Shown here: piece after piece, positions 1-9,013 of the stretch | Layout of the letters: the number at the start of each line of letters is the position of its first letter | Numbering within the stretch: position 1 is the first letter of the stretch | Source of the DNA: an uncultured Chloroflexia bacterium | GTDB lineage: Bacteria; Chloroflexota; Anaerolineae; B4-G1; SLSP01 | Assembly (NCBI GenBank): GCA_963751345.1 | Contig: CAVVUS010000018.1 | Coordinates: forward strand, 1 to 64,000 | Length of the DNA: 64,000 nucleotides | Direction: 5' to 3' | Made by a program: the position numbers and the translations under genes | Notes under the pieces: generated by a model | What the model was told of the DNA's origin: nothing | The model's input: the letters and a program-made list of their open reading frames with translations, nothing else | Databases searched by the model: none

Positions 1-6
1 GTCTAG

Positions 7-12
7 TATGAT
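7..12 (+). promoter_or_regulatory. -10 half (TATGAT) of the IS110 circle-junction promoter
   Basis: Joining the right end to the left end at CT places TTGACA(1288-1293) 16 bp upstream of TATGAT. Confidence 0.8.
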
Positions 13-16
13 ATAG

Positions 17-1141
<1,125 letters not shown>

Positions 1142-1181
1142 CACCCTCAGGAGAGAGCCAAGCAGAAACCACCCCTTCGTC

Positions 1182-1253
1182 GTCGTAGGGCAGGGGGCAC
1201 GGTGGGCAAACCGCAGTCTGGTTTGTCCACCGTGTCCCCTGCCTCCCTACGGC
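1182..1253 (+). repeat. Long hairpin in IS110 right non-coding end
   Basis: 23-bp stem 1190-1212/1220-1242 with two G.T pairs and a 7-nt loop, extended by GTCGTAGG/CCTACGGC. Confidence 0.85.
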
Positions 1254-1287
1254 TTGTCAGCCTCGGTTCGCCACGCCGAACTGGCTC

Positions 1288-1293
1288 TTGACA
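1288..1293 (+). promoter_or_regulatory. -35 half (TTGACA) of IS110 junction promoter; points outward in the inserted state
   Basis: Perfect TTGACA 12 nt before the right CT core. Confidence 0.8.
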
Positions 1294-1412
1294 CATACAC
1301 AGTTGCTCTACGAGAAGCAGCGGAGGCTGCGGAAATCTGACGCACACTCCTCAAGCCGAGGGTGCGTGCCGGTGGCAGCCTCCCGGGGGCGTTGTGCAGA
1401 CGTGCCGGCGCA

Positions 1413-1471
1413 ACGTCTTCTCAGACGCTACGTCTTCCGAGACGCTACGTCCTCCGACACGCTACGTTTTC
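1413..1471. repeat. 17-bp tandem repeat, ~3.5 copies
   Basis: ACGTCTTCTCAGACGCT / ACGTCTTCCGAGACGCT / ACGTCCTCCGACACGCT / ACGTTTTC. Confidence 0.8.
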
Positions 1472-1510
1472 TGCGGCCGAGTTGTCAGGACAAAACGGTG
1501 CATTGCAGCC

Positions 1511-1596
1511 GGAGACGCCCCACCGGGGTGTCTCCAAAACAACATCGACTGTGCTCTTGTTCGGACGGGCCGACGGGGCACCGCCCCGCCTCTACA
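1511..1596. repeat. REP-like palindromes
   Basis: GGAGACGCCCC-ACC-GGGGTGTCTCC (1511-1535) and GACGGGGC-ACC-GCCCCGCCTCTAC (1572-1595; starts GTAG on the minus strand). Confidence 0.6.
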
Positions 1597-1606
1597 TCCA
1601 AGCCCC

Positions 1607-2197
1607 CTATCGTTCGCGCCGATACGTGAGCACAAGGACGCCCGCGCTCGTGGTCCTGCTCTCCACCAGCTTCAGCGGCATCCTCGGCATCCCTCCCTCG
1701 AACAACCGCTTCCCGCTGCCCAGCACGAGCGGGTAGATCCAGAGGATGTATTCGTCGACGAGGTCGCGCGCCATCAGCGTCTGCGCGAGCTTGCCGCTGC
1801 CCACGACCATCAGGTCTCCCTCGTCGCCCGCCGCCTTCAGCGCCGCGACTGCCTCTGCGATGTCCCCCTTGAGCAGCGTGGTGTTCTGCCACGTCACCTC
1901 GCGCAGCGTCCTCGAGGCCACGAACTTGGGCATGCGGTTGAGTTGCCCTGCCAGTGGCTCCTCTTCGGCGGGCGCGGTGGGCCAGTACCCCGCGAAGATC
2001 TCGTAGGTCACCCGCCCCAGCAGCAGGCCATAGGTCCGGTCGAAGACGGCGGTCACGAGCCGTCCTAACTCTTCGTCGGAGTACGACATCTGCCACCCAC
2101 CGTGTCTGAACCCGCCCTCGGTGTCCTCTTCGGCGGCCCCGGGTGCCTGCATCACACCATCCAGCGATAGAAATGTCGATACCACCACTCTTCTCAT
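1607..2197 (-). CDS. Dihydrofolate reductase-like (RibD C-terminal domain) protein
   Basis: SLDGVMQAPG, LLLGRVTYE, GSGKLAQTL..DLVDE, LGSGKRLF motifs. Confidence 0.9.
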   Translation of the reverse strand: MRRVVVSTFLSLDGVMQAPGAAEEDTEGGFRHGGWQMSYSDEELGRLVTAVFDRTYGLLLGRVTYEIFAGYWPTAPAEEEPLAGQLNRMPKFVASRTLREVTWQNTTLLKGDIAEAVAALKAAGDEGDLMVVGSGKLAQTLMARDLVDEYILWIYPLVLGSGKRLFEGGMPRMPLKLVESRTTSAGVLVLTYRRER

Positions 2198-2236
2198 CTC
2201 GGTCTCCTCTTGGGGCGAACACCGCGTCCGGCGCCG

Positions 2237-2665
2237 CTATCCCTCCACATACGCCTTTAGCGAGGCGAGCATCATCCCCCAGTTCTCCTCGGAATGCGCC
2301 CGCTCCTCCTCGTTTTCGTTATGATCCTGGGTCAGCATTACGTTCGTCGTCTGCCCGTCGCCGGACAGCTCGACCGTCACGATATGATAGGCCTCCGGTA
2401 CGTCCGCCTGGCCGGAGAGCGGGCTGAAATGGCTATACTGCAGCACGCGCCCCGGCCTGATTTTCAGGATCTTGCCTTTGTCCTCGAAGGGACTGCCCTC
2501 CCATTCGCCCCTCCAGACAATCGGGCTGCCCTCGTGCCAATCCGTGACGACGTCGGCGCCAAACATATACTGCTTGATGGCCGCGGGATCCACCAACGCC
2601 TTCCAGACTTCCGACCGGGGTGCGCCGATGGCGATCGAGGCAATGGCGATCAGGTTCTTGTTCAT
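2237..2665 (-). CDS. SRPBCC/AHSA1-like domain protein
   Basis: I.APRSEVWKALVDP..IKQY, C-terminal NWGMMLASLKAYVE helix; RBS AAGGAG. Confidence 0.85.
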   Translation of the reverse strand: MNKNLIAIASIAIGAPRSEVWKALVDPAAIKQYMFGADVVTDWHEGSPIVWRGEWEGSPFEDKGKILKIRPGRVLQYSHFSPLSGQADVPEAYHIVTVELSGDGQTTNVMLTQDHNENEEERAHSEENWGMMLASLKAYVEG

Positions 2666-2800
2666 ACGACACTCCTTTGCGGTTCGGGGGTGGTCGGACT
2701 CATGGCCTGGCGCGATGGGACGATCACAGGAACACGCGCGGGCCTCGCCTGCGGTCGCTCTGCCATCTCTTTCCTCCCGGATTCCGCCTACACCGAAAGT

Positions 2801-3262
2801 CTACGGCACTGAGGGCGGCACGAAGTTCAGCACGCTCTGCCCGTTGTTGTACCAGATGGTCAATTGGTTGTCCTTCAGCTCAAACTCCCCCGTGTTCTGT
2901 AGCGCCTGGAAGTAGGCCGCTTCCTGGCTCATCAAGCCCTCGGCGGTACAGGCCATCTCGGTCGAGACGATCTGGGAGAACGAGATCTTGCCGTTCGAGA
3001 CCTGGTACTGGCCGCCAAAGCTGTTGCAGCCGCCGGTCCCGACCACCTGGCCGCCGCTTTGGAACTCCAGGGTGACCTCGGTGCCTTCAATGACCTGGGT
3101 CTCAAAACCGACCTCGCCATAGGACTCCAGGCTCCAGTCTGTGCCGGCCAGGTCGGCAGCAGAGACCGATGTCTGGCCGTTTGAGGGCGCAGCACAGGCT
3201 GACATAACCACTACCAGGATGCCCACGAAGACGTAGGCAGAACGTCGCGTCAAGCTCTTCAT
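2801..3262 (-). CDS. META-domain (HslJ-like) lipoprotein
   Basis: Lipobox-like VMSAC; LAGTDWSL, GTGGCNSFGGQY, STEMAC motifs; start moved to ATG 3262. Confidence 0.85.
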   Translation of the reverse strand: MKSLTRRSAYVFVGILVVVMSACAAPSNGQTSVSAADLAGTDWSLESYGEVGFETQVIEGTEVTLEFQSGGQVVGTGGCNSFGGQYQVSNGKISFSQIVSTEMACTAEGLMSQEAAYFQALQNTGEFELKDNQLTIWYNNGQSVLNFVPPSVP

Positions 3263-3504
3263 CGGTAACCTCCCTCTTACGTACGATGCACACATCAAGC
3301 GTTGCCATTCTGGCACGAAGACCGGCTCGGGACCGGTGGGATGCGTTAGCGTGGGGGTGGGTCGGGCTTGAAAAGGGTTGGTGTCAGGCCGGCAGGGTGC
3401 ACGGGTGCGCCCGTTGCCTTGCCGGATGTTGACGGTAAAATGCACCATCGTCTGATACCCCATATCTGGTCGAAAATCCGGACCCTGGTTGGAGCTATAG
3501 ATAC

Positions 3505-6500
3505 ATGCCGTCAGATTCAGATCGTTCACGTCGTCACGGAAGCACGCCACCTGAGGCCTCTTCAGGTCAGGGGCACCGCCCTCCCTGGCGTCAGGCGGAT
3601 CTCCGCCCACAGGAGAATGCCGTCCCGGCTGATGCTACACGCAAGATCCCTGTCGTCTCTGATGAGGGAGCGCGGCAGCCTGACGCGGGTACCGGCCAGG
3701 CCCCCACACCCTCGGCGGCGGTCACGCCTCCGGCTCAGCCGACGATCAGTTTCGGCCGCCCTGGCCTGCTGGACAGCCTCCAGCAGGATAAGCCCGACCT
3801 GACGACGCGCCCGGCGCAGCGATCGTCCTCCGGGCCCTCGGCTCAGCCCACGCGGCTGCTGCGGCCCGCTAGGGGTGCGCGACCCGAGGACGACTCGCCC
3901 ACCCAGCCCAACCGCCCGGTGCGAATGCCGCCCCCTCCGCCCGCGCCGCCGAACTCACCCAAGCGTCGCCCGCACAAGCGCCGTGGAGGAGGGCCTCGCT
4001 GGGCGACCATCCTCCTGACGGCTACGCTCGTGGGTGTGGGGCTCTTCATGTTGGCCCTGGCCGCCGGCGGCGTGGGCTACATCTACCTGGCAGCCCAGTT
4101 GCCGTCGCCCGATCAACTGCGCGAGCGCGAGCCTAACTTCGCCAGCAGCCAGATCTTCGACCGCAACGGGATGCTGCTCCACGAGATCAGCGATCCCACG
4201 GAGGGCCGGCGCACCTACGTCCCCATCAGCCAGATCTCGCCCTATCTCAAGCTTGCCACCGTGGCGACCGAGGACCGCAACTTCTACCAGCACGGCGGCT
4301 TCGATCCGATCGCCATTGCACGGGCGATCTACTACGCCGTCACTGAGCGAGAGGTGGTGTCGGGCGCCAGCACGATCACCCAGCAGGTCGCCCGCAACAT
4401 CCTCCTGGGACCCGAGGCCGCCAGCGACCGCACGCTCTCGCGGAAGATCAAGGAGATCATCCTCGCGGCCGAGTTGACCCGGCGTTACAGCAAGGACGAC
4501 ATCCTGGAGATCTACGTCAACAACAACAACTACGGGAACCTCGCCTACGGCGTCGATGCCGCGGCGCGCACTTACTTCGGCACCAACGCTGCCCAATTGA
4601 CGCTGTCGGAGGCCTCCTTCCTGGCGGGCATCCCGCAGTCGCCCGCGTTCTACGATCCCTATCACGGCGGGCGCGACGCCGCGCTCGCGCGCCAGAAGGT
4701 CGTGCTGGCGTTGATGGTCGAGGACGGCTACGTCACGGTCGATCAAGCCGTCGCCGCTGCCGCCGAGATGGATGCCTATGAGTTCGTGCCGATCTACACC
4801 GACCGCATCCCGGCGGCTCACTTCGTCGTCTACGTGACGCAGTGGGTCGAGCAAAACCTGGGGGCCGACATGCTTTACAAGGGCAGCGGCCTCAAGATCT
4901 ATACGACCCTCGATTCGAACCTGCAGCGCATTGCCGAGCAGGAAGTGGCCAATGGCGTTGAGGCGCTGGCCGACCGCGACGTGACCAACGGTGCGCTGGT
5001 GGCGATCGAGCCCTCCAGCGGTGACATCCTGGCGATGGTCGGGAGTGTGGACTTCTACGACAACGACCTGGGTGGCCAGGTCAACGTCACGCTGCGGTGT
5101 CGCCAGCCCGGTTCGGCCATCAAGCCGCTGACCTATCTGGCCGCCCTGGAGCGGGGGTGGACCCCCGCGACGATCCTTTGGGACCTTCCCGTCTCCTATA
5201 CGGACTCGGCAGGGAACGTCTATGAGCCCGTGAACTACGATGGGCGATTCCGCGGGCCGGTCTCGATGCGCACGGCGCTGGCGAACTCGCTCAACGTGCC
5301 TGCTGTCAAGGCGTTGGATTTCGTGACCGTGGACGGGCTGCTGGACGTTGCCGATCGTCTTGGCGCCGCGTCGTTGGTGAGCCCGCAGACCGAGTGCCCG
5401 GACTATCCCTACGATACCCGTCCTCCCTATGGGCTGGCGCTGACGCTCGGCGGTGGGGAGATGAAGCCGCTGGAGCTGACGAGCGCCTACGCGACGCTGG
5501 CCAACGGTGGCCTGCGCATGGAGCCGACCCCTATCCTCTGGGTAGAGGATTCGAGCGGGAAGGTGTTGATCGACAACCGCCAGCGCCAGGGCACCCAGGT
5601 GACCAAGCCGGAGCTTGCCTATCTGATCACGAACATCCTCTCCGACACCCAGGCCCGCTGCCTGGTCTTTGCCTGCCCCAACGTGCTGGAGCTTCCGGAT
5701 CGTCCGGTGGCGGCGAAGACCGGCACCACGAACGACAACCGGGATGCCTGGACCGTCGGCTACACGCCCGATATTGCGGCTGGGGTGTGGGTCGGCAACA
5801 ACGACAACAGCCAGATGGCGAACGTCGCAGGCTCGTCCGGCGCCGGCCCGATCTGGCAGGCCTTCATGATGCGGGCCCACGAACAGATCCCGCCACATAC
5901 GTTCCCCAGACCCGCGGGCATCGTCGAGCGCGAGGTCTGCGCCCTGACGGGCACCGAGCCCTCCCCGGCGTGTTCGGAGAAGCGCACGGAGGTCTTTACG
6001 ATGGACAACCTGCCGCCTGCTGCCAGCGCCGGATGGCTTCAGGAGGTAGAGATCGATGCTAACAGCGGGCTGCTGGCCAACGCGTTCTGCAGGTCGAACG
6101 TCGTCACCAAACTCGCTGTCGTAGAGAAGCAGGTGTCCGATCCTCAGGGACAGGTGTGGCTGCGGCAGTGGGCCGTCGACAACGGCGCGATCGTCGCACC
6201 GCAGGCCGAATGCACCAGCGCGGAGCAGCCGCCCGTCGTGGAGATCACGGCGCCCACGCAGGGCACCGAGGTCTACGGGTCGGTCGAGATCTGGGGGACT
6301 GTCGATCTGCCCGATTTCGATCGCTACGAGCTGACCTACGGCGTCGGCAATAACCCGCAGGCGTGGGATTGGATCAGCGGTCCTCATCTCGCGCTCGTCC
6401 AGGGCGGGGTCCTGGGGGTCTGGCAGATGCCCCAGGGTATGACGCCCGGCGTCTACACGATTCGCGTCGTGGCCTACAACCGCCAGGGCGCCCGCTTTGA

Positions 6501-6747
6501 GGCGCGTCAGCCGGTTCAGGTGGTCGGGCCGACCCCGACGCCGACGTTGGAGGCCTCCCCGACGCCCGAGCCGACCTCGACGGGCACGCCTACGCCGACG
6601 CCCGAGGCGACTATGACGCCCTCGCCAACCGTCAGCCCGACCCCGACGGAGGAGGCGCCCACCGTCGAGCCCTCGGCTACGCCCACGCCGACGCCCATGC
6701 CCACGTTGGGCATCGACCTTCCGACGTTGGAGCTGCCGCAGCCGTAG
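3505..6747 (+). CDS. Class A penicillin-binding protein (transglycosylase-transpeptidase) with Pro-rich N-terminus and PT-repeat tail
   Basis: EDRNFYQH, GASTITQQ, RKIKE (GT51); SAIK (SxxK), SLN, KTGT (transpeptidase); single TM segment. Confidence 0.95.
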   Translation: MPSDSDRSRRHGSTPPEASSGQGHRPPWRQADLRPQENAVPADATRKIPVVSDEGARQPDAGTGQAPTPSAAVTPPAQPTISFGRPGLLDSLQQDKPDLTTRPAQRSSSGPSAQPTRLLRPARGARPEDDSPTQPNRPVRMPPPPPAPPNSPKRRPHKRRGGGPRWATILLTATLVGVGLFMLALAAGGVGYIYLAAQLPSPDQLREREPNFASSQIFDRNGMLLHEISDPTEGRRTYVPISQISPYLKLATVATEDRNFYQHGGFDPIAIARAIYYAVTEREVVSGASTITQQVARNILLGPEAASDRTLSRKIKEIILAAELTRRYSKDDILEIYVNNNNYGNLAYGVDAAARTYFGTNAAQLTLSEASFLAGIPQSPAFYDPYHGGRDAALARQKVVLALMVEDGYVTVDQAVAAAAEMDAYEFVPIYTDRIPAAHFVVYVTQWVEQNLGADMLYKGSGLKIYTTLDSNLQRIAEQEVANGVEALADRDVTNGALVAIEPSSGDILAMVGSVDFYDNDLGGQVNVTLRCRQPGSAIKPLTYLAALERGWTPATILWDLPVSYTDSAGNVYEPVNYDGRFRGPVSMRTALANSLNVPAVKALDFVTVDGLLDVADRLGAASLVSPQTECPDYPYDTRPPYGLALTLGGGEMKPLELTSAYATLANGGLRMEPTPILWVEDSSGKVLIDNRQRQGTQVTKPELAYLITNILSDTQARCLVFACPNVLELPDRPVAAKTGTTNDNRDAWTVGYTPDIAAGVWVGNNDNSQMANVAGSSGAGPIWQAFMMRAHEQIPPHTFPRPAGIVEREVCALTGTEPSPACSEKRTEVFTMDNLPPAASAGWLQEVEIDANSGLLANAFCRSNVVTKLAVVEKQVSDPQGQVWLRQWAVDNGAIVAPQAECTSAEQPPVVEITAPTQGTEVYGSVEIWGTVDLPDFDRYELTYGVGNNPQAWDWISGPHLALVQGGVLGVWQMPQGMTPGVYTIRVVAYNRQGARFEARQPVQVVGPTPTPTLEASPTPEPTSTGTPTPTPEATMTPSPTVSPTPTEEAPTVEPSATPTPTPMPTLGIDLPTLELPQP

Positions 6748-6819
6748 ATGCCAACCTTGCGAAGGTTTCTGCAGAACGTTTCCACGTGCAAACGTGCAAA
6801 CGCTTTAGCGTTCCGCTGA

Positions 6820-6847
6820 TTGACACTCGGCGTTTTCATGTTATGAT
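6820..6847 (+). promoter_or_regulatory. sigma70-type promoter of infC-rpmI-rplT
   Basis: TTGACA(6820-6825)-16 bp-TATGAT(6842-6847) with extended -10 TG. Confidence 0.75.
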
Positions 6848-6902
6848 ACGTCCGCGTTTGTAGCTGTCACATTTTAGCCCAAACACCAACAAGGGGGACA
6901 TT

Positions 6903-7418
6903 ATCAGCAAGCAGCAGTATCGTGCGAACAGCCAGATTCGAGCTCGCGAAGTTCGTGTCATTGACGGGGAAGGGACCAACCTTGGCGTCTTGCCGACGTT
7001 CCAGGCATTGCGGTTAGCCGAGGAAGCCGGCCTGGACCTGGTCGAGGTCGCGCCCAATGCCGAACCTCCTGTCACGCGGATTATGGACTTCGGCAAGTTC
7101 ATCTACGCTCAGGCGAAGAAGGAACGGGAGGCGCGTAAGTCTCAAAAGCAGGTCGAGATCAAAGAGATTCGCCTGCGCCCGAAGACGAATGACCATCACG
7201 CCGGGTTTAAGGTCAAGAACGCGCGCGGCTGGCTCGAAGACGGCAACAAGGTCAAGGTTCGCGTGCGGTTCCGCGGTCGTGAGATCACCTATCCTGAGGT
7301 TGCGATGGAGCAGCTAAAGGAGATCGCTGAAGAGCTGTCTGATATTGCGCTGGTTGAGCAGTCCCCGACGATGGATGGGCGCACGATGTTGATGGTACTG
7401 GCGCCGAGAAAGAACTAG
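6903..7418 (+). CDS. infC: Translation initiation factor IF-3 (non-AUG start)
   Basis: In-frame upstream extension SKQQYRANSQIRAREVRVID; LDLVEVAPNAEPPV, KEIRLRPK, FRGRE. RBS AAGGGGG 6891-6897, then ATT(6900)/ATC(6903). Confidence 0.95.
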   Translation: MSKQQYRANSQIRAREVRVIDGEGTNLGVLPTFQALRLAEEAGLDLVEVAPNAEPPVTRIMDFGKFIYAQAKKEREARKSQKQVEIKEIRLRPKTNDHHAGFKVKNARGWLEDGNKVKVRVRFRGREITYPEVAMEQLKEIAEELSDIALVEQSPTMDGRTMLMVLAPRKN

Positions 7419-7431
7419 CAGGAGGTATTTT

Positions 7432-7650
7432 GTGCCCAAGATGAAGACGCATAAGTCAGCTTCCAAGCGCTTCCGCCTCTCGCAAGGTGGGAAAGGGAAG
7501 TTGATGCGCACCAAGCAGGGAAAGAGCCACTTCCGCCGCAATAGACCGCGACGCCTGCGGGCTATGTTTGACCAAGTGCTTGCAGTGGATAACCGCGGGA
7601 CCGAGCATCGCTTGCGCCGGTTGGCCCCGTACATGAAGAAGAACTCCTAA
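7432..7650 (+). CDS. rpmI: 50S ribosomal protein L35
   Basis: MPKMKTHKSASKRF; position between infC and rplT. Confidence 0.95.
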   Translation: MPKMKTHKSASKRFRLSQGGKGKLMRTKQGKSHFRRNRPRRLRAMFDQVLAVDNRGTEHRLRRLAPYMKKNS

Positions 7651-7666
7651 TCGTCTGAGGTGAATT

Positions 7667-8011
7667 GTGAGAGTCAAAGGTGGAACCGTAACACGCCGTC
7701 GCCATAAGAAGCTCCTTAGCCGTACCAAGGGGTTCTTTGGGACGCGCCGTAAGTTGTTCCGGCGAGCCAATGAAGCGTATATGAAGTCCATGACGTACGC
7801 GTATCGCGATCGTCGCAATAAGAAGCGAGATCTGCGTCGCCTATGGATTATCCGCATCAACGCAGCCGCCCGTAACAATGGCACGACCTATAGCCGCTTG
7901 GTCTACCTTCTCAAAGGTGCTGAGATCGAGCTGGATCGCAAGATGTTGGCCGACCTGGCCGTCAACGAGCCAGGTGCCTTCACGGCGATTGTGGAGGCTG
8001 CGCAAGCGTAA
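7667..8011 (+). CDS. rplT: 50S ribosomal protein L20
   Basis: [42 protein letters not shown]. Confidence 0.97.
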   Translation: MRVKGGTVTRRRHKKLLSRTKGFFGTRRKLFRRANEAYMKSMTYAYRDRRNKKRDLRRLWIIRINAAARNNGTTYSRLVYLLKGAEIELDRKMLADLAVNEPGAFTAIVEAAQA

Positions 8012-8031
8012 CGCGCACTCTTCAGATGGCA

Positions 8032-8063
8032 GAAGGGCGACGCTCAATGCGTCGCCCTTTTTT
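8032..8063 (+). terminator. Intrinsic terminator after rplT
   Basis: AAGGGCGACGC-TCAAT-GCGTCGCCC followed by a T run. Confidence 0.85.
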
Positions 8064-8102
8064 CATGGTGCCGCTGGCTGGTGATCCAGCCGTGTTCTCT
8101 TG

Positions 8103-8558
8103 CTACGAACGGCGGCGAGTGATCAACTTGAAGAGGCTGCTGATCACACCGAGCACCAGCGCAAAGACAACGGCGGCCCGCACGTCGAAGAGCACCGTCA
8201 CGTCCTCACCCTCGATTTGATTGGCGGCGACGAACACCGCCATTGCATCCTGCATCTTGACGTTCTCTGCGGCAACGATGCCCGCTCCTCCGTCGGTGAT
8301 GGTGACGTTCTCGCCCTGGATGATGCCCACGCCACCGTCCTTGACGTCGACAAAGCGAGCTTCCACGCGGGCGATGCCCCCTTGCTCGACGTGGACTTTC
8401 TCGGCCTTTACGGTCTGCGCTCCACCTTGGGTGATGTTCACCGTTTCCCCCGTGACCTCTGCTTCGAGCGTGCCGGCGTCGGCGCTCTCGGCATCTTCCG
8501 GTGCTTCGGCAGGCTCCGGTAGGAGTTGCTCTTCTTGCGGATCTTCTACTGCGTCCAT
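8103..8558 (-). CDS. Hypothetical protein, 15-aa repeats with C-terminal TM anchor
   Basis: RBS AAGGAGG; five 15-aa repeats; hydrophobic C-terminus followed by RRRS. Confidence 0.75.
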   Translation of the reverse strand: MDAVEDPQEEQLLPEPAEAPEDAESADAGTLEAEVTGETVNITQGGAQTVKAEKVHVEQGGIARVEARFVDVKDGGVGIIQGENVTITDGGAGIVAAENVKMQDAMAVFVAANQIEGEDVTVLFDVRAAVVFALVLGVISSLFKLITRRRS

Positions 8559-8753
8559 CTAAAGCCTCCTTGCGCGGTCTTTGATCCTTACTTGGTAAGT
8601 TACTGCGATGCGTTCTGCCTTATGCCTAGTCTAGCACAAATCTATGAACTACGAAGCCGAAGTGCACGATGCAATCTGCTATGGGAGCTCCGTCACATGA
8701 GTCATAGTCATTCGTCACTAGGTTTCGGCCCCCGAAGCCGATATGATTGTGGT

Positions 8754-8850
8754 CGATGAGGTAATGATGGTTTCTTGAATCCATCGCACCTCTCCTCCTT
8801 TCCTTGGCTGGTGGCCCCCCGGATTCCCCCCTCGCCGGGGGGCCAGGCCA
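8754..8850 (+). ncRNA. Candidate small RNA with anti-SD linker and C6-loop hairpin
   Basis: TATGAT at 8742-8747; stem GAGGT..GATGG/CCATC..ACCTC; linker TCCTCCTTTCCTT; perfect 11-bp stem 8812-8822/8835-8845 with loop ATTCCCCCCTCG. Confidence 0.4.
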
Positions 8851-8949
8851 TGGAAGCGAAGCCCAACTTGATCACTTCCCTTACCTTCCGAGTTGCGCGC
8901 CGCGGACGGCATGAGCAACCCGGAAGGTGGTCGCTGTGACCGCCGGGCA

Positions 8950-8977
8950 TTGTCCGGCACCCCCCACGTGGTATAAT
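8950..8977 (+). promoter_or_regulatory. secA promoter
   Basis: TTGTCC-16 bp-TATAAT with extended TG. Confidence 0.6.
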
Positions 8978-9013
8978 CCCGAATGGACATGTTTGTCTGT
9001 AATGGAGATGTGA

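Noticed and set aside
1413-1471. Possible mini-CRISPR
   Set aside because: The 17-bp units are directly adjacent with no spacers, and there are no cas genes.
3955-6387. 810-aa antisense ORF, and similar long antisense ORFs over ABC-F, uvrA and DUF3160
   Set aside because: Shadow ORFs expected from high-GC codon bias opposite well-supported genes; no motifs.
6530-6705. Repetitive DNA at the end of the PBP gene
   Set aside because: Ordinary Pro/Thr linker coding sequence.
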